From positions 164,697 through 228,696 of the forward strand of contig JAWLHJ010000002.1 of assembly GCA_041690395.1 (NCBI GenBank): a DNA stretch of 64,000 bases, in the 5' to 3' direction. Below the pieces are notes generated by a model. That model searched no databases and was not told where the DNA came from. It was given only the letters and a program-made list of their open reading frames with translations. Source of the DNA: Longimicrobiales bacterium (GTDB lineage Bacteria > Gemmatimonadota > Gemmatimonadetes > Longimicrobiales > Gaopeijiaceae). Position 1 is the stretch's first letter, and each line of letters begins with the position of its first letter. This document shows positions 32,351-45,349 of the stretch, piece by piece. The position numbers were made by a program, and so were the translations under genes.

Positions 32351-32389
32351 AAAAAAAAGCGCCGGGCCGGCGCATGGCCGACCCGGCGC
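32351..32389 (-). terminator. Intrinsic terminator after the ECF/anti-sigma/Spy-like genes
   Basis: On the minus strand: GCGCCGGG-TCGGC-CATGC-GCCGG-CCCGGCGC hairpin followed by TTTTTTTT. Confidence 0.85.
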
Positions 32390-32426
32390 CCCTGATGTGG
32401 TGCGCTCCGCTTCTCGAGCGTTCGTG

Positions 32427-32873
32427 TCAGGAGTCGTCGCCTCCCGACGCCTGCTCAGCCGCGCGTTGTCTGTCGCGCTCATCGGTGAGCTCCTGATACC
32501 GCTCGGCCTGCTCCGGCGTGAATACCGTCCGGATGGCGGCGCGCGTCTCCTCGACGATCGCGCGGAACTGCGGATCGTAGTGCTCCTGGAACTCGCGGTT
32601 GAGCGCGTCGATGCGCGCCCGGTGCTCCTCCACGATGGAGTCGATGACGACGCTCTGCGCCGAATCGGGGCCGACTTGCTCGTACATGGGTACGCGCGGC
32701 TCCTCGGCCTCCCCCTCGGCCTCGGCGGTCTCGGCCGCCTCGGTGGTGACGAGTGCGGCCGCCGGTGTGGCGTTCAGGGCTGTGTCGGCCGCGAACCCCA
32801 GAAGGAGCCCCGATCCGAACACGGTCAGCAGGACGCCAGCGGTGAGAAGCCGGGTCTTGGTCTGCTGACTCAT
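32427..32873 (-). CDS. Membrane-anchored Spy/CpxP-like helical periplasmic protein
   Basis: N-terminal TM; helical domain ending IRTVFTPEQAERY, an LTxxQ-like motif. Confidence 0.6.
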   Translation of the reverse strand: MSQQTKTRLLTAGVLLTVFGSGLLLGFAADTALNATPAAALVTTEAAETAEAEGEAEEPRVPMYEQVGPDSAQSVVIDSIVEEHRARIDALNREFQEHYDPQFRAIVEETRAAIRTVFTPEQAERYQELTDERDRQRAAEQASGGDDS

Positions 32874-33280
32874 TAGAACATCTCCGCCGTCAACGTGATC
32901 GGGTTGCCCGGTGCGTCGGGTGAGGAGATCTGGGGGATGGTGAACCCTTGCAGCTCACTGACCAACAGCTCCTCGATACCGAGCGTCGCCGGTCCCTGGG
33001 TCGGCGCGCCCTTCATGAGCACGAGCCCCGCGAACGCGGCCGCGACGAGCGCGGTCGGCACGAGGGTCCGGGCCCATCCGATCAACACCTCGCTGACGGT
33101 CATGGAGGCGAGCATTCGCCGCCGCGCCAGCTCCTGCGTCGCGCCGGAGACGACCACGTCTCCGAAGCGGGTCCAATAACCGGGGTCGTCCGCACCCGGG
33201 TCGAAGGCGCGAAGGGCTCCGTGGATCTGCATGTCCACGTCCAGCCCCTCCGTCATCGCATGCTCCATTCTATGGCTCAT
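32873..33280 (-). CDS. Putative transmembrane anti-sigma factor
   Basis: Coupled to the ECF gene; short cytoplasmic domain (DDPGYWTRF) plus one TM. Confidence 0.55.
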   Translation of the reverse strand: MSHRMEHAMTEGLDVDMQIHGALRAFDPGADDPGYWTRFGDVVVSGATQELARRRMLASMTVSEVLIGWARTLVPTALVAAAFAGLVLMKGAPTQGPATLGIEELLVSELQGFTIPQISSPDAPGNPITLTAEMF

Positions 33281-33861
33281 CGAGCTTTCCTTTTGGCCCT
33301 GGGCGCGCCCGGAAGATCCTGCAGCGCCTTCCTCAAAGCCTTTCTGGCAAAATGTAAGTGAGAGCGTACGGTGCCCGGAGGCAAGTCCAGGCGCTCCGCG
33401 ATCTCACGATGTTTCCAACCTTCGAGGTCATGCAGCATCACGATCTCCCGCTGTACTTCCGGGAGTTCCCGCATGGCCTCCTCGAGTAAATCTCGTAACT
33501 CGGACGTCTCCGTCACTCTGTCGGGCGTCGGCATCTTCGACCGGGCGCCCGGTGGCACTTCGTCCGTCTCTCGCAGCGATTCGCGACGGATCAGGTTCTT
33601 CGATCGATTCCGCACGATCGTGAGCAACCAGCCCCCGAAGCGATCCGGGTTGCGACACTCCTCCAACCTCTCGAGGGCGACGAGGAACGCCTCCTGCGCC
33701 GCGTCCTCGGCATCCTCGTGCCTTCCGACCACCGACAGCGCGACGGCGTACGCCGGTCGCTGATATCGCCGCACGAGCAGCCCGAACGCTACCGCGTCGC
33801 CCTCCCGGGCTTGTCGGACCAACTCACGGTCGGTCGGCTTGTCCTGCTGTTGAGATGACAC
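33277..33861 (-). CDS. ECF sigma-70 family RNA polymerase sigma factor
   Basis: TDRELV, AEDAAQEAF, FGGWLLTIVRN, LHDLEGWKHREIA, GTVRSHLHFARK. Confidence 0.92.
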   Translation of the reverse strand: MSSQQQDKPTDRELVRQAREGDAVAFGLLVRRYQRPAYAVALSVVGRHEDAEDAAQEAFLVALERLEECRNPDRFGGWLLTIVRNRSKNLIRRESLRETDEVPPGARSKMPTPDRVTETSELRDLLEEAMRELPEVQREIVMLHDLEGWKHREIAERLDLPPGTVRSHLHFARKALRKALQDLPGAPRAKRKAR

Positions 33862-33950
33862 CTGGAGTGCGAAGCGTGTTGAGACGTGCGTTCGTGGATT
33901 CGATCAAGTTACCGCCTACCTCCCGTCGCCCGCAGGCGAGACCCGAGCGC

Positions 33951-34352
33951 TCAGCGCCCGCGACGGCCCCCCTCCTCGGTAAAGAACGGAGCCGGCTCGC
34001 GCCTTTCGCGCCAGGGCTCCGAGCGCGCCAGGGCGCGCTCCAGGTGCGACTCGGTCAGCTCGGACAGACGCTCCCCCACCAGCCACGCTTCGCGGGCTCT
34101 GGAATCGCCCCCTGGCTCCTCCGGCTCCAGCTTGAGCAGCAGCAGTCCGGGACGGACTCCACCGGCCTGGCCGACGACCTCGGCCACCCAGGCACGGCCG
34201 TCGCGCTCGAACGTGGTCCGCTCGGGCGGAGGGCCCGGCTCGCCGCCGCGCGTCCGAGGCGTGTCCTCGAGGGCACGCACCGGCGTCGGCTTCGATGGAC
34301 GGGCCGAGGGCGGCCGGTCACCACGATCGCGTCCGGGGGGCGAGGGCGTCAC
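33951..34352 (-). CDS. Hypothetical protein
   Basis: Fills the gap with a plausible globular core (FERDGRAWVAEVVG...LSELTESHLERALARSEPW). Start uncertain. Confidence 0.5.
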   Translation of the reverse strand: MTPSPPGRDRGDRPPSARPSKPTPVRALEDTPRTRGGEPGPPPERTTFERDGRAWVAEVVGQAGGVRPGLLLLKLEPEEPGGDSRAREAWLVGERLSELTESHLERALARSEPWRERREPAPFFTEEGGRRGR

Positions 34353-34547
34353 GTCGGCCGAGCCTCACAGGCGGGAGAGGGGTACACGATGCATCCATCC
34401 GGAGAAAGTCGAAAAGGTCGGACGAATGCGTATCGGATCCGAGGGCGCGGGGTCAAGGTCGGGAGTTGCAACGGACTCCGGTAATCGCCTTAATTAACGA
34501 CCCTTCGAGCGCCGACGCCCGGCATCCTGCGCACGCGAGAGCAATGC

Positions 34548-35021
34548 ATGGCAGACGGAAACGAGACCCAGGCTCAGGCCAAGCGGGAGTACACCCAACT
34601 CCTGCGCCTGCACGAACAGCTTCTCGGACAATTCGTGCGCGCCCGCGACGAGCTGGCGGCCTCGGGCACCGTGGGCCTCCTCAAGGTCATCAAGGGGCGC
34701 ACCGGATCGGCTCCCGACCTCAGCCCGGTCCGGGAAGCGGTCGAGGAGGCGATTCGAGCGCTGAAGCTGTCCGAATCGATGATCCAGCTGGCCATCGACG
34801 ATGACCCGGACGTCTCGTTGGAGGTCGAGGGGATCGCCAACATGCCCGCGTATCTGCAACGGTTCCTGGCCGAGCGCACGGACAACCCGGGCTTCAAGTA
34901 CGAGGTGGAGCACGACCCCGTTCGCGGTTGGATGGTGTGCTGGAAGGAATACACGAACCGCGGCACGGTACGCGGCTACGGACAGTTCTGTGAGCGCCCC
35001 TACGCCTGGCTGGACGACTGA
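34548..35021 (+). CDS. Hypothetical protein
   Basis: Coherent 157-aa ORF with normal codon usage; helical N-half, aromatic beta-rich C-half. Confidence 0.7.
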   Translation: MADGNETQAQAKREYTQLLRLHEQLLGQFVRARDELAASGTVGLLKVIKGRTGSAPDLSPVREAVEEAIRALKLSESMIQLAIDDDPDVSLEVEGIANMPAYLQRFLAERTDNPGFKYEVEHDPVRGWMVCWKEYTNRGTVRGYGQFCERPYAWLDD

Positions 35022-35578
35022 GCGGACTTGCCCGCGTGTACGTCGTCGAGGGCTCCCTTGCCGTAGAACATCTCGATGTACTTCGCCTGCAGCCGCGTGA
35101 CGCGACGCACGACCCACACCAGGTGGACGTAGTTGGGCTCGGTCGGTCGGGTCCGAAGCTCCAGCCCCGCTTCACCGGGAAGCCGGCTCCCCTTCCGGTT
35201 GTTACACGGGGAACAGCTGGTCACCACGTTCTCCCAGGCGTTCGCACCGCCCCGGGACACGGGGAGCACGTGATCGCGCGTGAGGAACTGCCGACCGCGT
35301 AGCTGGCTCCTGTGCCGCCCGCAGTACTGGCAGGTGTAGTCGTCACGCGCGAAAAGGAAGGTGTTGGTGACCTGCCGCCGGAAGCGTCGCGGCACGTGAA
35401 CGTAACGGACCAGGCGGATGACGGCGGGACACGGAACGGCGTCACGCTCCGAGCGGAAGCTACGGTCTCCGTCGCGTTCGACGATCTCGGCCTTCCCGTC
35501 GAGCACCAACCGCACCGCGCGCCTGAGCGGCACGATGGTGAGCGGCTCGAACGATGCGTTCAGCGCCAGGCAGCCCAA
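35000..35578 (-). CDS. HNH endonuclease (McrA-like, Zn-binding)
   Basis: LALNASFEPL, PAVIRL, FARDDYTCQYCG, TRDHVLPVSRGG..WENVVTSCSPCNNRKG. GAGGAGG RBS before the TTG. Confidence 0.9.
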   Translation of the reverse strand: MGCLALNASFEPLTIVPLRRAVRLVLDGKAEIVERDGDRSFRSERDAVPCPAVIRLVRYVHVPRRFRRQVTNTFLFARDDYTCQYCGRHRSQLRGRQFLTRDHVLPVSRGGANAWENVVTSCSPCNNRKGSRLPGEAGLELRTRPTEPNYVHLVWVVRRVTRLQAKYIEMFYGKGALDDVHAGKSAQSSSQA

Positions 35579-35673
35579 GGATCCTCCTCATCCGGCGGGG
35601 TCACCCGATCCAATCAGCCGAACGTTATCCCGTACGCCGGCGGGCGTGCAATGGGGATCCTGTTGGCAGATCG

Positions 35674-38160
35674 CTACAGAAGTGCCACGGGATCGCGGTC
35701 CAACGCGAGACGCACGTCACCCGAGGGGAGACGGTGCCGCGCCACCACCGCGTGCGCCGCCAGCCCGAGCGCCCGGGGTGACTCCGTGCGGAGGAGGAAG
35801 TGCCAGCGCCACCTCCCGTGTAGCCGCTCGATCGGCGCGGGGGCCGGGCCGACGAGCTCGACCTCCTCCCCCGCGATCCCCGTGGCCAGCTTGCGCTTCA
35901 GCCACCGTACGGCGCCCTCGGCGGCCTCGACCACGAGCTCCTGGTCCGGGCTGCTCAGGACGACGTTGGCGAGCCGGACGTGCGGGGGGTAGCGCGGCCG
36001 CCTGCGCTCCTCGAGCTCCCGGGCCGCGAAGCCTTCGTAGTCGTGAGCCACGGCCGCCCGCACCGCATAGTGCTCGGGCATGGATGTCTGGATGAGCACC
36101 TCGCCCCCGAGGGCGCCCCGCCCCGCGCGTCCCGCCACCTGTGAGAGGAGCTGGAACGTGCGCTCGCTGGCCCGGAAGTCCGGCAGATGGAGCCCCACGT
36201 CGGCGTTCACCACGCCGACCAGGGTGACGTTGGGGAAATCGAGCCCCTTGGCGATCATCTGCGTGCCCAGGAGGACGTCGACCTCGCGCCGCTCCACCCG
36301 GTCGAGGATGCGCTGGTGGGCCCACTTCCCGGACGTCGTGTCGACGTCCATGCGCGCGATCCGCGCCCCGGGGAACGTCTCGACCGCGACGCGCTCCACC
36401 TGTTCCGTGCCGACCCCGCGGAACGAGAGGTCGTCCGAGCCGCAGCGGGGGCACCGCGAAGGCGCCTCCGCCTCGAAGCGGCAGTGGTGGCATACGATGC
36501 GGCGGGTGACCCGGTGGTACGTGAGGGAGACGCTACAGTTCTCGCAACGCTCCACTTCGCCGCACGACCGGCACTGCACGAAGGAGGAATATCCCCTGCG
36601 GTTCAGCAGGAGGATGACCTGCTCGCCCTTCTTCAAGCGGGCTTCCACCGCGGCGACGAGCTGGGGAGAGAAGATCCCGCCCCCCGGGCCCCGCCCCGCC
36701 GCGGCACCCGCTCCCGAGCCATCACCCCCGCCCTTCCTGCGCGCCTCCCTGAGGTCGACCACGCGTACCTCGGGAAGCGACGCGCCACCCGCGCGCTCGG
36801 GAAGCTCCAGCCTCCTGAACTTCCCGGTGTCCACGTTGTGCCGGCTCTCGAGCGACGGGGTCGCGCTCCCGAGCACGCAGACCGCTCCGTGCGCCCGCGC
36901 ACGCACGACCGCGAGGTCGCGCGCCTGGTACCGGGGAGCCTCCGACTGCTTGTAGCTCCCGTCGTGCTCTTCGTCGACGACCACCAGCCCCAGCCGCTCG
37001 AGCGGCGCGAACAGCGCCGACCTCGCGCCCACGGCCACCCGTCTCTCGCCGCTCCGGAGCAGCCGCCATGCGTCGTAACGCTCGCCGTCGGACAACCCCG
37101 AGTGGAGCACGGCGATCTGGTCGCCGAAGTGCGCACGGAATCGTGACACCGTCTGGGGCGTGAGCGAGATCTCCGGCACGAGCACGATGCCGGTCCGTCC
37201 CCGGGCGAGCACCTCGCGGAGGAGCTCGATGTAGACCAGGGTCTTGCCCGAGCCAGTGATCCCCTGAAGCAGGAATGGGCTCGGACGCTCCTCGTCGAGC
37301 GCCGCGACGAGCGCAGTGAGCGCGGCGCGCTGGGCCGGTGTGGGAATCAGGTTCGGGGGAACCCGCGGAGGCTCGGCCGCGAAGGGATCGCGGATCTCCT
37401 CCTCGTCGGCCACCTCGACGAGCCCCTTCTCCTCGAGTCCGGTCACGACCGAGCGGCTGAAGCCCTCCTCCGCCGTCAGGTGGGCGAGCTCCGCCGCGCC
37501 CCCCGAGGCCTGCAGTAGGTCGAACGCCTCACGCTGTCGTCCGGCCCGGCCGAAGAGCTCCTCGCGCTCCTCGAGCGTCCCGGGGTTCCGGATCACGCGC
37601 ACGACGCGGCGCGTCTTCACCGACGGCTCCGCTGGCGGCACCGCCTCGTGGTCCAGCAGGCCGGCCGCCTCGAGCGCTCGCAGCTCGGTCCAGACGGAGC
37701 CCATGCCGAGCGCCCTTCTGAGGGTCGCTACGCGTTGCGCCCCGGCGCGTGAAGACAGATGCTCGGCCACCTTCCGCTCCCTTGGCCGGAGTCCTTCCAG
37801 CCCCGACGTCTCCCCGACCCAGGTCACGTAGTCCCGGGAAACGTCCGACAGGACCGCCGGGAGGGCGGCCCGGAGGGCGATTCCCAGAGGTGACACGTAG
37901 TAGTCGGCCATCCAACGGCAGAGCTCGAGGACGTCGGGCGTGACCGTCGGCTCGCGGTCGAGGACGGACAGCACCTTTCGCAGCCCCTTGATGGGGCCGT
38001 CCTCGCCGGGACCCACCACCCACCCGATCCGCTCGGTGCGTCGGAACGGGACGAGCACTCGGGTGCCGACGGGCGGGGGGGATCCGTCGACGCCGTAGGT
38101 GAACGTGCGGTGGATCGGAAGCGGCAGCGCCACTTCGACCCTGCGAGCTGATTCGCTCAA
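35674..38160 (-). CDS. priA: Primosomal protein N' (replication restart helicase)
   Basis: LQGITGSGKT, LVPEISLTPQ, VDEEHDGSYKQ, LNRRGY plus 4 CxxC, GTQMIAKGLDF, QVAGRAGRG. Confidence 0.96.
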   Translation of the reverse strand: MSESARRVEVALPLPIHRTFTYGVDGSPPPVGTRVLVPFRRTERIGWVVGPGEDGPIKGLRKVLSVLDREPTVTPDVLELCRWMADYYVSPLGIALRAALPAVLSDVSRDYVTWVGETSGLEGLRPRERKVAEHLSSRAGAQRVATLRRALGMGSVWTELRALEAAGLLDHEAVPPAEPSVKTRRVVRVIRNPGTLEEREELFGRAGRQREAFDLLQASGGAAELAHLTAEEGFSRSVVTGLEEKGLVEVADEEEIRDPFAAEPPRVPPNLIPTPAQRAALTALVAALDEERPSPFLLQGITGSGKTLVYIELLREVLARGRTGIVLVPEISLTPQTVSRFRAHFGDQIAVLHSGLSDGERYDAWRLLRSGERRVAVGARSALFAPLERLGLVVVDEEHDGSYKQSEAPRYQARDLAVVRARAHGAVCVLGSATPSLESRHNVDTGKFRRLELPERAGGASLPEVRVVDLREARRKGGGDGSGAGAAAGRGPGGGIFSPQLVAAVEARLKKGEQVILLLNRRGYSSFVQCRSCGEVERCENCSVSLTYHRVTRRIVCHHCRFEAEAPSRCPRCGSDDLSFRGVGTEQVERVAVETFPGARIARMDVDTTSGKWAHQRILDRVERREVDVLLGTQMIAKGLDFPNVTLVGVVNADVGLHLPDFRASERTFQLLSQVAGRAGRGALGGEVLIQTSMPEHYAVRAAVAHDYEGFAARELEERRRPRYPPHVRLANVVLSSPDQELVVEAAEGAVRWLKRKLATGIAGEEVELVGPAPAPIERLHGRWRWHFLLRTESPRALGLAAHAVVARHRLPSGDVRLALDRDPVALL

Positions 38161-39344
38161 TCGTCGAGAAGGATGATGATGTCGCGCTGCACCCGGGAAG
38201 GCGTCACCTCGGGGCCGGTCTCACCCCAGAAGACGTTGATCTCACTCCGGATGCCGATCTCGCCCGGGATGTAGACGCCCGGCTCGACCGAGAAGCCGAC
38301 TCCGGTGAGCAGCCTCCGGTCGTCACGGGTCTCGAGGTTGTCGAGGTTCGGCCCGCTCCCGTGGAGCGACGTGTCGATCGAGTGGCCGGTCCGGTGCACG
38401 AAGTACGGGCCGAAGCCGCGCTCCTCGATCACCGCCCGGGCCACGTCGTCGACCTCGTAGCCACGAACCTCGGATCCGTCCTCGAAGCGGCGCTCCAGAT
38501 AGGCGACAGCGGCGTCCCGTGCGTCTCGGACCGCTCGCCAGACCTCATCCGTGCGCGCGTCGATCGTCGATCCGAGGAACCCCATCCAGGTCTGGTCGGC
38601 CGCCACCGAGCCCGCGAAGCCGCCCCAAAGGTCGATCAGAAGGAGCATGCCTCGCTCGATCACGGCGCCCTCACCCTCGGGCGCGTAGTGCGGGTCGGCC
38701 GCGCCCGCGCCCACCGCCACGATACAGTCGGTCTCGTGCACCAGGCCGGCGGCCCGCAACTCCGAGCGGATCCAGTCGGAGAGCGCGCCCTCGGTCAGGG
38801 GGCTGCCGCGGCGCACGCCGTCCGCCGCGCGCTCGAAGGCCCGGGAGGCGACCTCGGCGACGACCTCCGCCGCCCGTCCGTGGTCCCGCCGCTGCTCCGG
38901 CGTCCAGACGCTGTGGAAGCGCGAGACGAGGTCGCCCGAGCTCGTGATCTCCACGCCGGTCTCGAGCAGCGACCCGACCAGCCCACCGGGGACCAGGTCG
39001 AGGGTCGGCACCGCCCCGCCCGGAGAGACCTCCATCGCGATCCGGCCCCGGCCTTCCAGAAGGCGCCCCAGCTCCTCGTCGAGCTCACGCCACCCGGAAT
39101 AGCCCCGCCGTTCGAAGGGCCACCCGCGCCACGCGGATGCCTCGATCGCGTGCACGAGCGCCACGGGATCGCCGTCGCTAGGAACGAGGACGAAGCCGCG
39201 CCGCGTGGTCTTTCCGAGACCGAGCATCCGCGCCGCGACCGGATTCAGTCCGTGGAATTCGTAGAGCAGCCAGGCATCCAGGCCCTCGTCGCGCAGGAAC
39301 GCCTGGACGGCCGCCACGACCTTCCGATCGTGGAGCGGCGGCAT
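38157..39344 (-). CDS. M24-family metallopeptidase
   Basis: ADPHY, LLIDLW, ADQTW, HRTGHSI, FSVEPGVY, GIRSEIN. Start estimated. Confidence 0.88.
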   Translation of the reverse strand: MPPLHDRKVVAAVQAFLRDEGLDAWLLYEFHGLNPVAARMLGLGKTTRRGFVLVPSDGDPVALVHAIEASAWRGWPFERRGYSGWRELDEELGRLLEGRGRIAMEVSPGGAVPTLDLVPGGLVGSLLETGVEITSSGDLVSRFHSVWTPEQRRDHGRAAEVVAEVASRAFERAADGVRRGSPLTEGALSDWIRSELRAAGLVHETDCIVAVGAGAADPHYAPEGEGAVIERGMLLLIDLWGGFAGSVAADQTWMGFLGSTIDARTDEVWRAVRDARDAAVAYLERRFEDGSEVRGYEVDDVARAVIEERGFGPYFVHRTGHSIDTSLHGSGPNLDNLETRDDRRLLTGVGFSVEPGVYIPGEIGIRSEINVFWGETGPEVTPSRVQRDIIILLDD

Positions 39345-39354
39345 GCCGGACACT

Positions 39355-40326
39355 TCAGCTTTCACGACCCTCACCTCCTTCTCCGAAGAGCGGCAGTCCA
39401 CTCGTCTCCATCACCGCGGCCGGGTCCCGGCCGGAGTCGTCGGGGAGCGGCTCGAGACGTGGCGCCTCATCCGACACTTCGTCAACGCCCGCCCTCTCCC
39501 CCACACCGACGTTACGGCCCCGGATCAGATCCAGGCCGAGGACCCGCTCCTTCGTCAGGAGGTGGTGCACGGCCCGCTCCCGCGCGAGCGCGCTCCAGAC
39601 CCCCCGCCACCCCCACCGACGCCACGCCCTCCGCATGATCCCCACCTTCTCGCCGATCGAGAACAACTCCGAAAAGTCCGGAAACGGCTTCGCGACTCCG
39701 GTCCGGAAGGCCGTCCGTGCGTCGGACCAGTCTTCGGTGTGGAGATCCTCGACCCCGACCTCCCGGAGAAGGCGCTTCCACTCGACCACCATCCTCGGAC
39801 GGGCGCCGAGATGGTCGGCCAGCACGCGCCGTCGGTGGGCGTCGACCGGCGCCTTCCACACCAGCTGCACGAGCACGATGAAGCCGCCGGGCCGAGTGAC
39901 ACGCGCGAGCTCCCGGACGGCACCCTCCGGGTCGCAGTGGCTCGCGAGCCCGATCTCTCCCACGGCCACGTCGAAGATCCCGTCGCGGTACGGCAGCGCG
40001 TCCGGTCTTCCCGTCTGGAACTGGAGGCGGCCCGCGATCCCGAGGGAGCGCGTGCGCGCCTCGGCCTGGTCGATGAGCGAGGGCTCGGCGTCGACTCCCG
40101 AGCCCTGGACCCCGAACTCGCGGACGAAATACTCCAACGCCACGCCCTTCCCGCACGCCACGTCCAGGACCTCGTGGTCCTCCGTCATGCCGGTCAGCAG
40201 AGCGATCTGTCGGTAGAGCTCGATCCCGCCCGGTGGAAAGAGCCTACGCGGGCTCAGGCGGATGAGATCGAGCATGGACGGCGGAGACGCGCGCGTCTCG
40301 GCCGATCCCGGTTCGTTGGCAGGCAT
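39355..40326 (-). CDS. Class I SAM-dependent methyltransferase
   Basis: FPPGG, VLDVACGKG, LPYRDGIFD, ELARVTRPGG. Confidence 0.85.
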   Translation of the reverse strand: MPANEPGSAETRASPPSMLDLIRLSPRRLFPPGGIELYRQIALLTGMTEDHEVLDVACGKGVALEYFVREFGVQGSGVDAEPSLIDQAEARTRSLGIAGRLQFQTGRPDALPYRDGIFDVAVGEIGLASHCDPEGAVRELARVTRPGGFIVLVQLVWKAPVDAHRRRVLADHLGARPRMVVEWKRLLREVGVEDLHTEDWSDARTAFRTGVAKPFPDFSELFSIGEKVGIMRRAWRRWGWRGVWSALARERAVHHLLTKERVLGLDLIRGRNVGVGERAGVDEVSDEAPRLEPLPDDSGRDPAAVMETSGLPLFGEGGEGRES

Positions 40327-40374
40327 GGGAAACAAAGGTACGGAGCGGGGCGCGCCGGGCAACGATCCCCCAGC

Positions 40375-40920
40375 TCACCACTCCGGATGCTCGGAGTCGT
40401 CGAGATCGCGCATCGCGCGGCGGAGCTTCTCCTCGTCCTCCGGTCTCGTCGGGTCGGACGCTCCAACCGGGACGGCCCCGCGCCTCCTCCGCGAGAGGAC
40501 GAACGCCACCGTGAGCGATCCCAGGAGCAGCACGCCCGCCGGCATGAGCCAGGCCCACCAGCCGGCGCCTTCCCGGCGCGGCACGGCCCGCCACTCCTCC
40601 CCGTACCGAGAGATCATCAGCTCGACGATGGAGTCGGCCTCGAGCCCCGAGCGAGCCAGGCTGTCGATCGAGTCGCGCAGGACCGCCGCGTCCGGCGACG
40701 GACAGACCTCGAGCATGAGCCCCGGGCAATAGGGCGAGCGGATCTCGGAGATGGCGCGGCGGGCCTCCGGATGGACGGTCTCGAACGGCACGTATTGGTC
40801 CGTGCCGGAAGGCTCCGCACCGCCGGCCACGACCCTCGTCTCGCACCCCGTGAGGAGGGCGAGCGCGCAGGTCAGGAGCACCCGGAAACGGACGCGGCGA
40901 TCCGGACGGATTCCGTTCAT
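40375..40920 (-). CDS. ccmH: Cytochrome c biogenesis protein CcmH-like
   Basis: IRSPYCPGLMLEVCPS.A..LRD.I, SRYGE, WWAWLMP plus TM. The ATG overlaps the HDAC stop. Confidence 0.7.
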   Translation of the reverse strand: MNGIRPDRRVRFRVLLTCALALLTGCETRVVAGGAEPSGTDQYVPFETVHPEARRAISEIRSPYCPGLMLEVCPSPDAAVLRDSIDSLARSGLEADSIVELMISRYGEEWRAVPRREGAGWWAWLMPAGVLLLGSLTVAFVLSRRRRGAVPVGASDPTRPEDEEKLRRAMRDLDDSEHPEW

Positions 40921-41935
40921 GGAGCCTCCACGGGGACCTCGAGGTCGGCGAGCGCTCGGATGACCGACACCGCGCCTTCGCCGAGTCGCTTCGGCACGTA
41001 CCCCCCCTCCAGGAACGTGACCATGCGCCCGCCACAGCGCTCTTCCGCGACGTCCACGAGGTGTCGGGTCATGACGTGCAGATCCTCCGGCTCGAGGAGC
41101 ATGCCTCCGAGCGGATCGCCGGCCAGGACGTCGAAGCCGGCCGACACGAGCACGAAGTCGGGCCGGAAGCTCCCGGTCACGTCGGCGAGCGCGCGATCGA
41201 ACGCGTTCCCGTAGTCGCGCCGAGAGGTGCCCCCGGGGAGCGGTACGTTGAGGGTGGCCCCTTCGCCTTCGCCCGATCCGCGCTCCGAGGCCGCGCCGGT
41301 TCCCGGGTAGTGGGGCGCCTGATGCAGAGAGAGGTAGAAGACGTCCGGATCGGCGTAGAAGACGTCCTGCGTACCGTTCCCGTGGTGAACGTCCCAGTCG
41401 ACGATCAGCACGCGCTCGGCGTGTCCCTCGGCCTGCAGCCAACGCGCCGCGATCGCGACGTTGTTGAATAGGCAGAAGCCCATGGGCCGGTCGGGAGTGG
41501 CGTGATGCCCCGGCGGCCTGGTCGCCACGAAGGCGTTCCGTATCCGCCCCTCGACGACGCTCCGTGCCGCCTCGATCCCCGCCCCGGCGCTTCCGAGCGC
41601 CGCCTCCCACGACGCGCTCGACACCTTCGTGTCCGGGTCGAGGGACACGATCGCGTCGCGCTCCTCCGCCATGCTGCACGCCCGACGGACCTGCTCGACG
41701 TGGTCGGGTCCGTGCACACGGAGCACGTCGCGCTCCTCGGCCGCGCCCGGCTCGAACTGGGCCACGTGGCCGTGCAGGGTGAGCATGTCCCTCCCCACCG
41801 TCGAGGCCAGCGCCCTCAGCCGCCCCTGGTGCTCGGGATGGTTCCACCCGGTGTCGTGCAGCGGGGAAGCCGGATGCAGGAAGAAGCCGGTCGTGACCGG
41901 ATCGGCCCCTGCCGGCTCGCCCCCCGCGGCCTCGG

Positions 41936-41939
<4 letters not shown>
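40917..41939 (-). CDS. Histone deacetylase-family (AcuC/AphA-like) amidohydrolase
   Basis: [44 protein letters not shown]...DPLG, LEGGY. Confidence 0.92.
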
Positions 41940-45187
<3,248 letters not shown>

Positions 45188-45232
45188 GTGGGGCGCTCGG
45201 TTGTGCCGGGCCGCGTCGCTCGGGCGCGTGCG

Positions 45233-45349
45233 CTACTCATCGCCGGTCTTACCGGACTCCTTGCGGATCGCGGTGACCAGGACGAGGGCGAAGCCTCCCC
45301 AGACGAAGCCGGTGATCGCGATCATCGTGATCCACGTGGCTCCCGTCAT
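45233..45349 (-). CDS. MetS-like NSS transporter small subunit (38 aa)
   Basis: Below the ORF-track cutoff. GGAGGAG RBS, then MTGATWITMIAITGFVWGGFALVLVTAIRKESGKTGDE*, with the M..I...VWGG TM signature. Confidence 0.7.
   Translation of the reverse strand: MTGATWITMIAITGFVWGGFALVLVTAIRKESGKTGDE

Noticed and set aside
35000..35578. HNH gene as a mobile element or restriction/defence system
   Set aside because: No methylase, integrase, intron features, terminal repeats or compositional break; it resembles the widespread chromosomal McrA-like HNH family.
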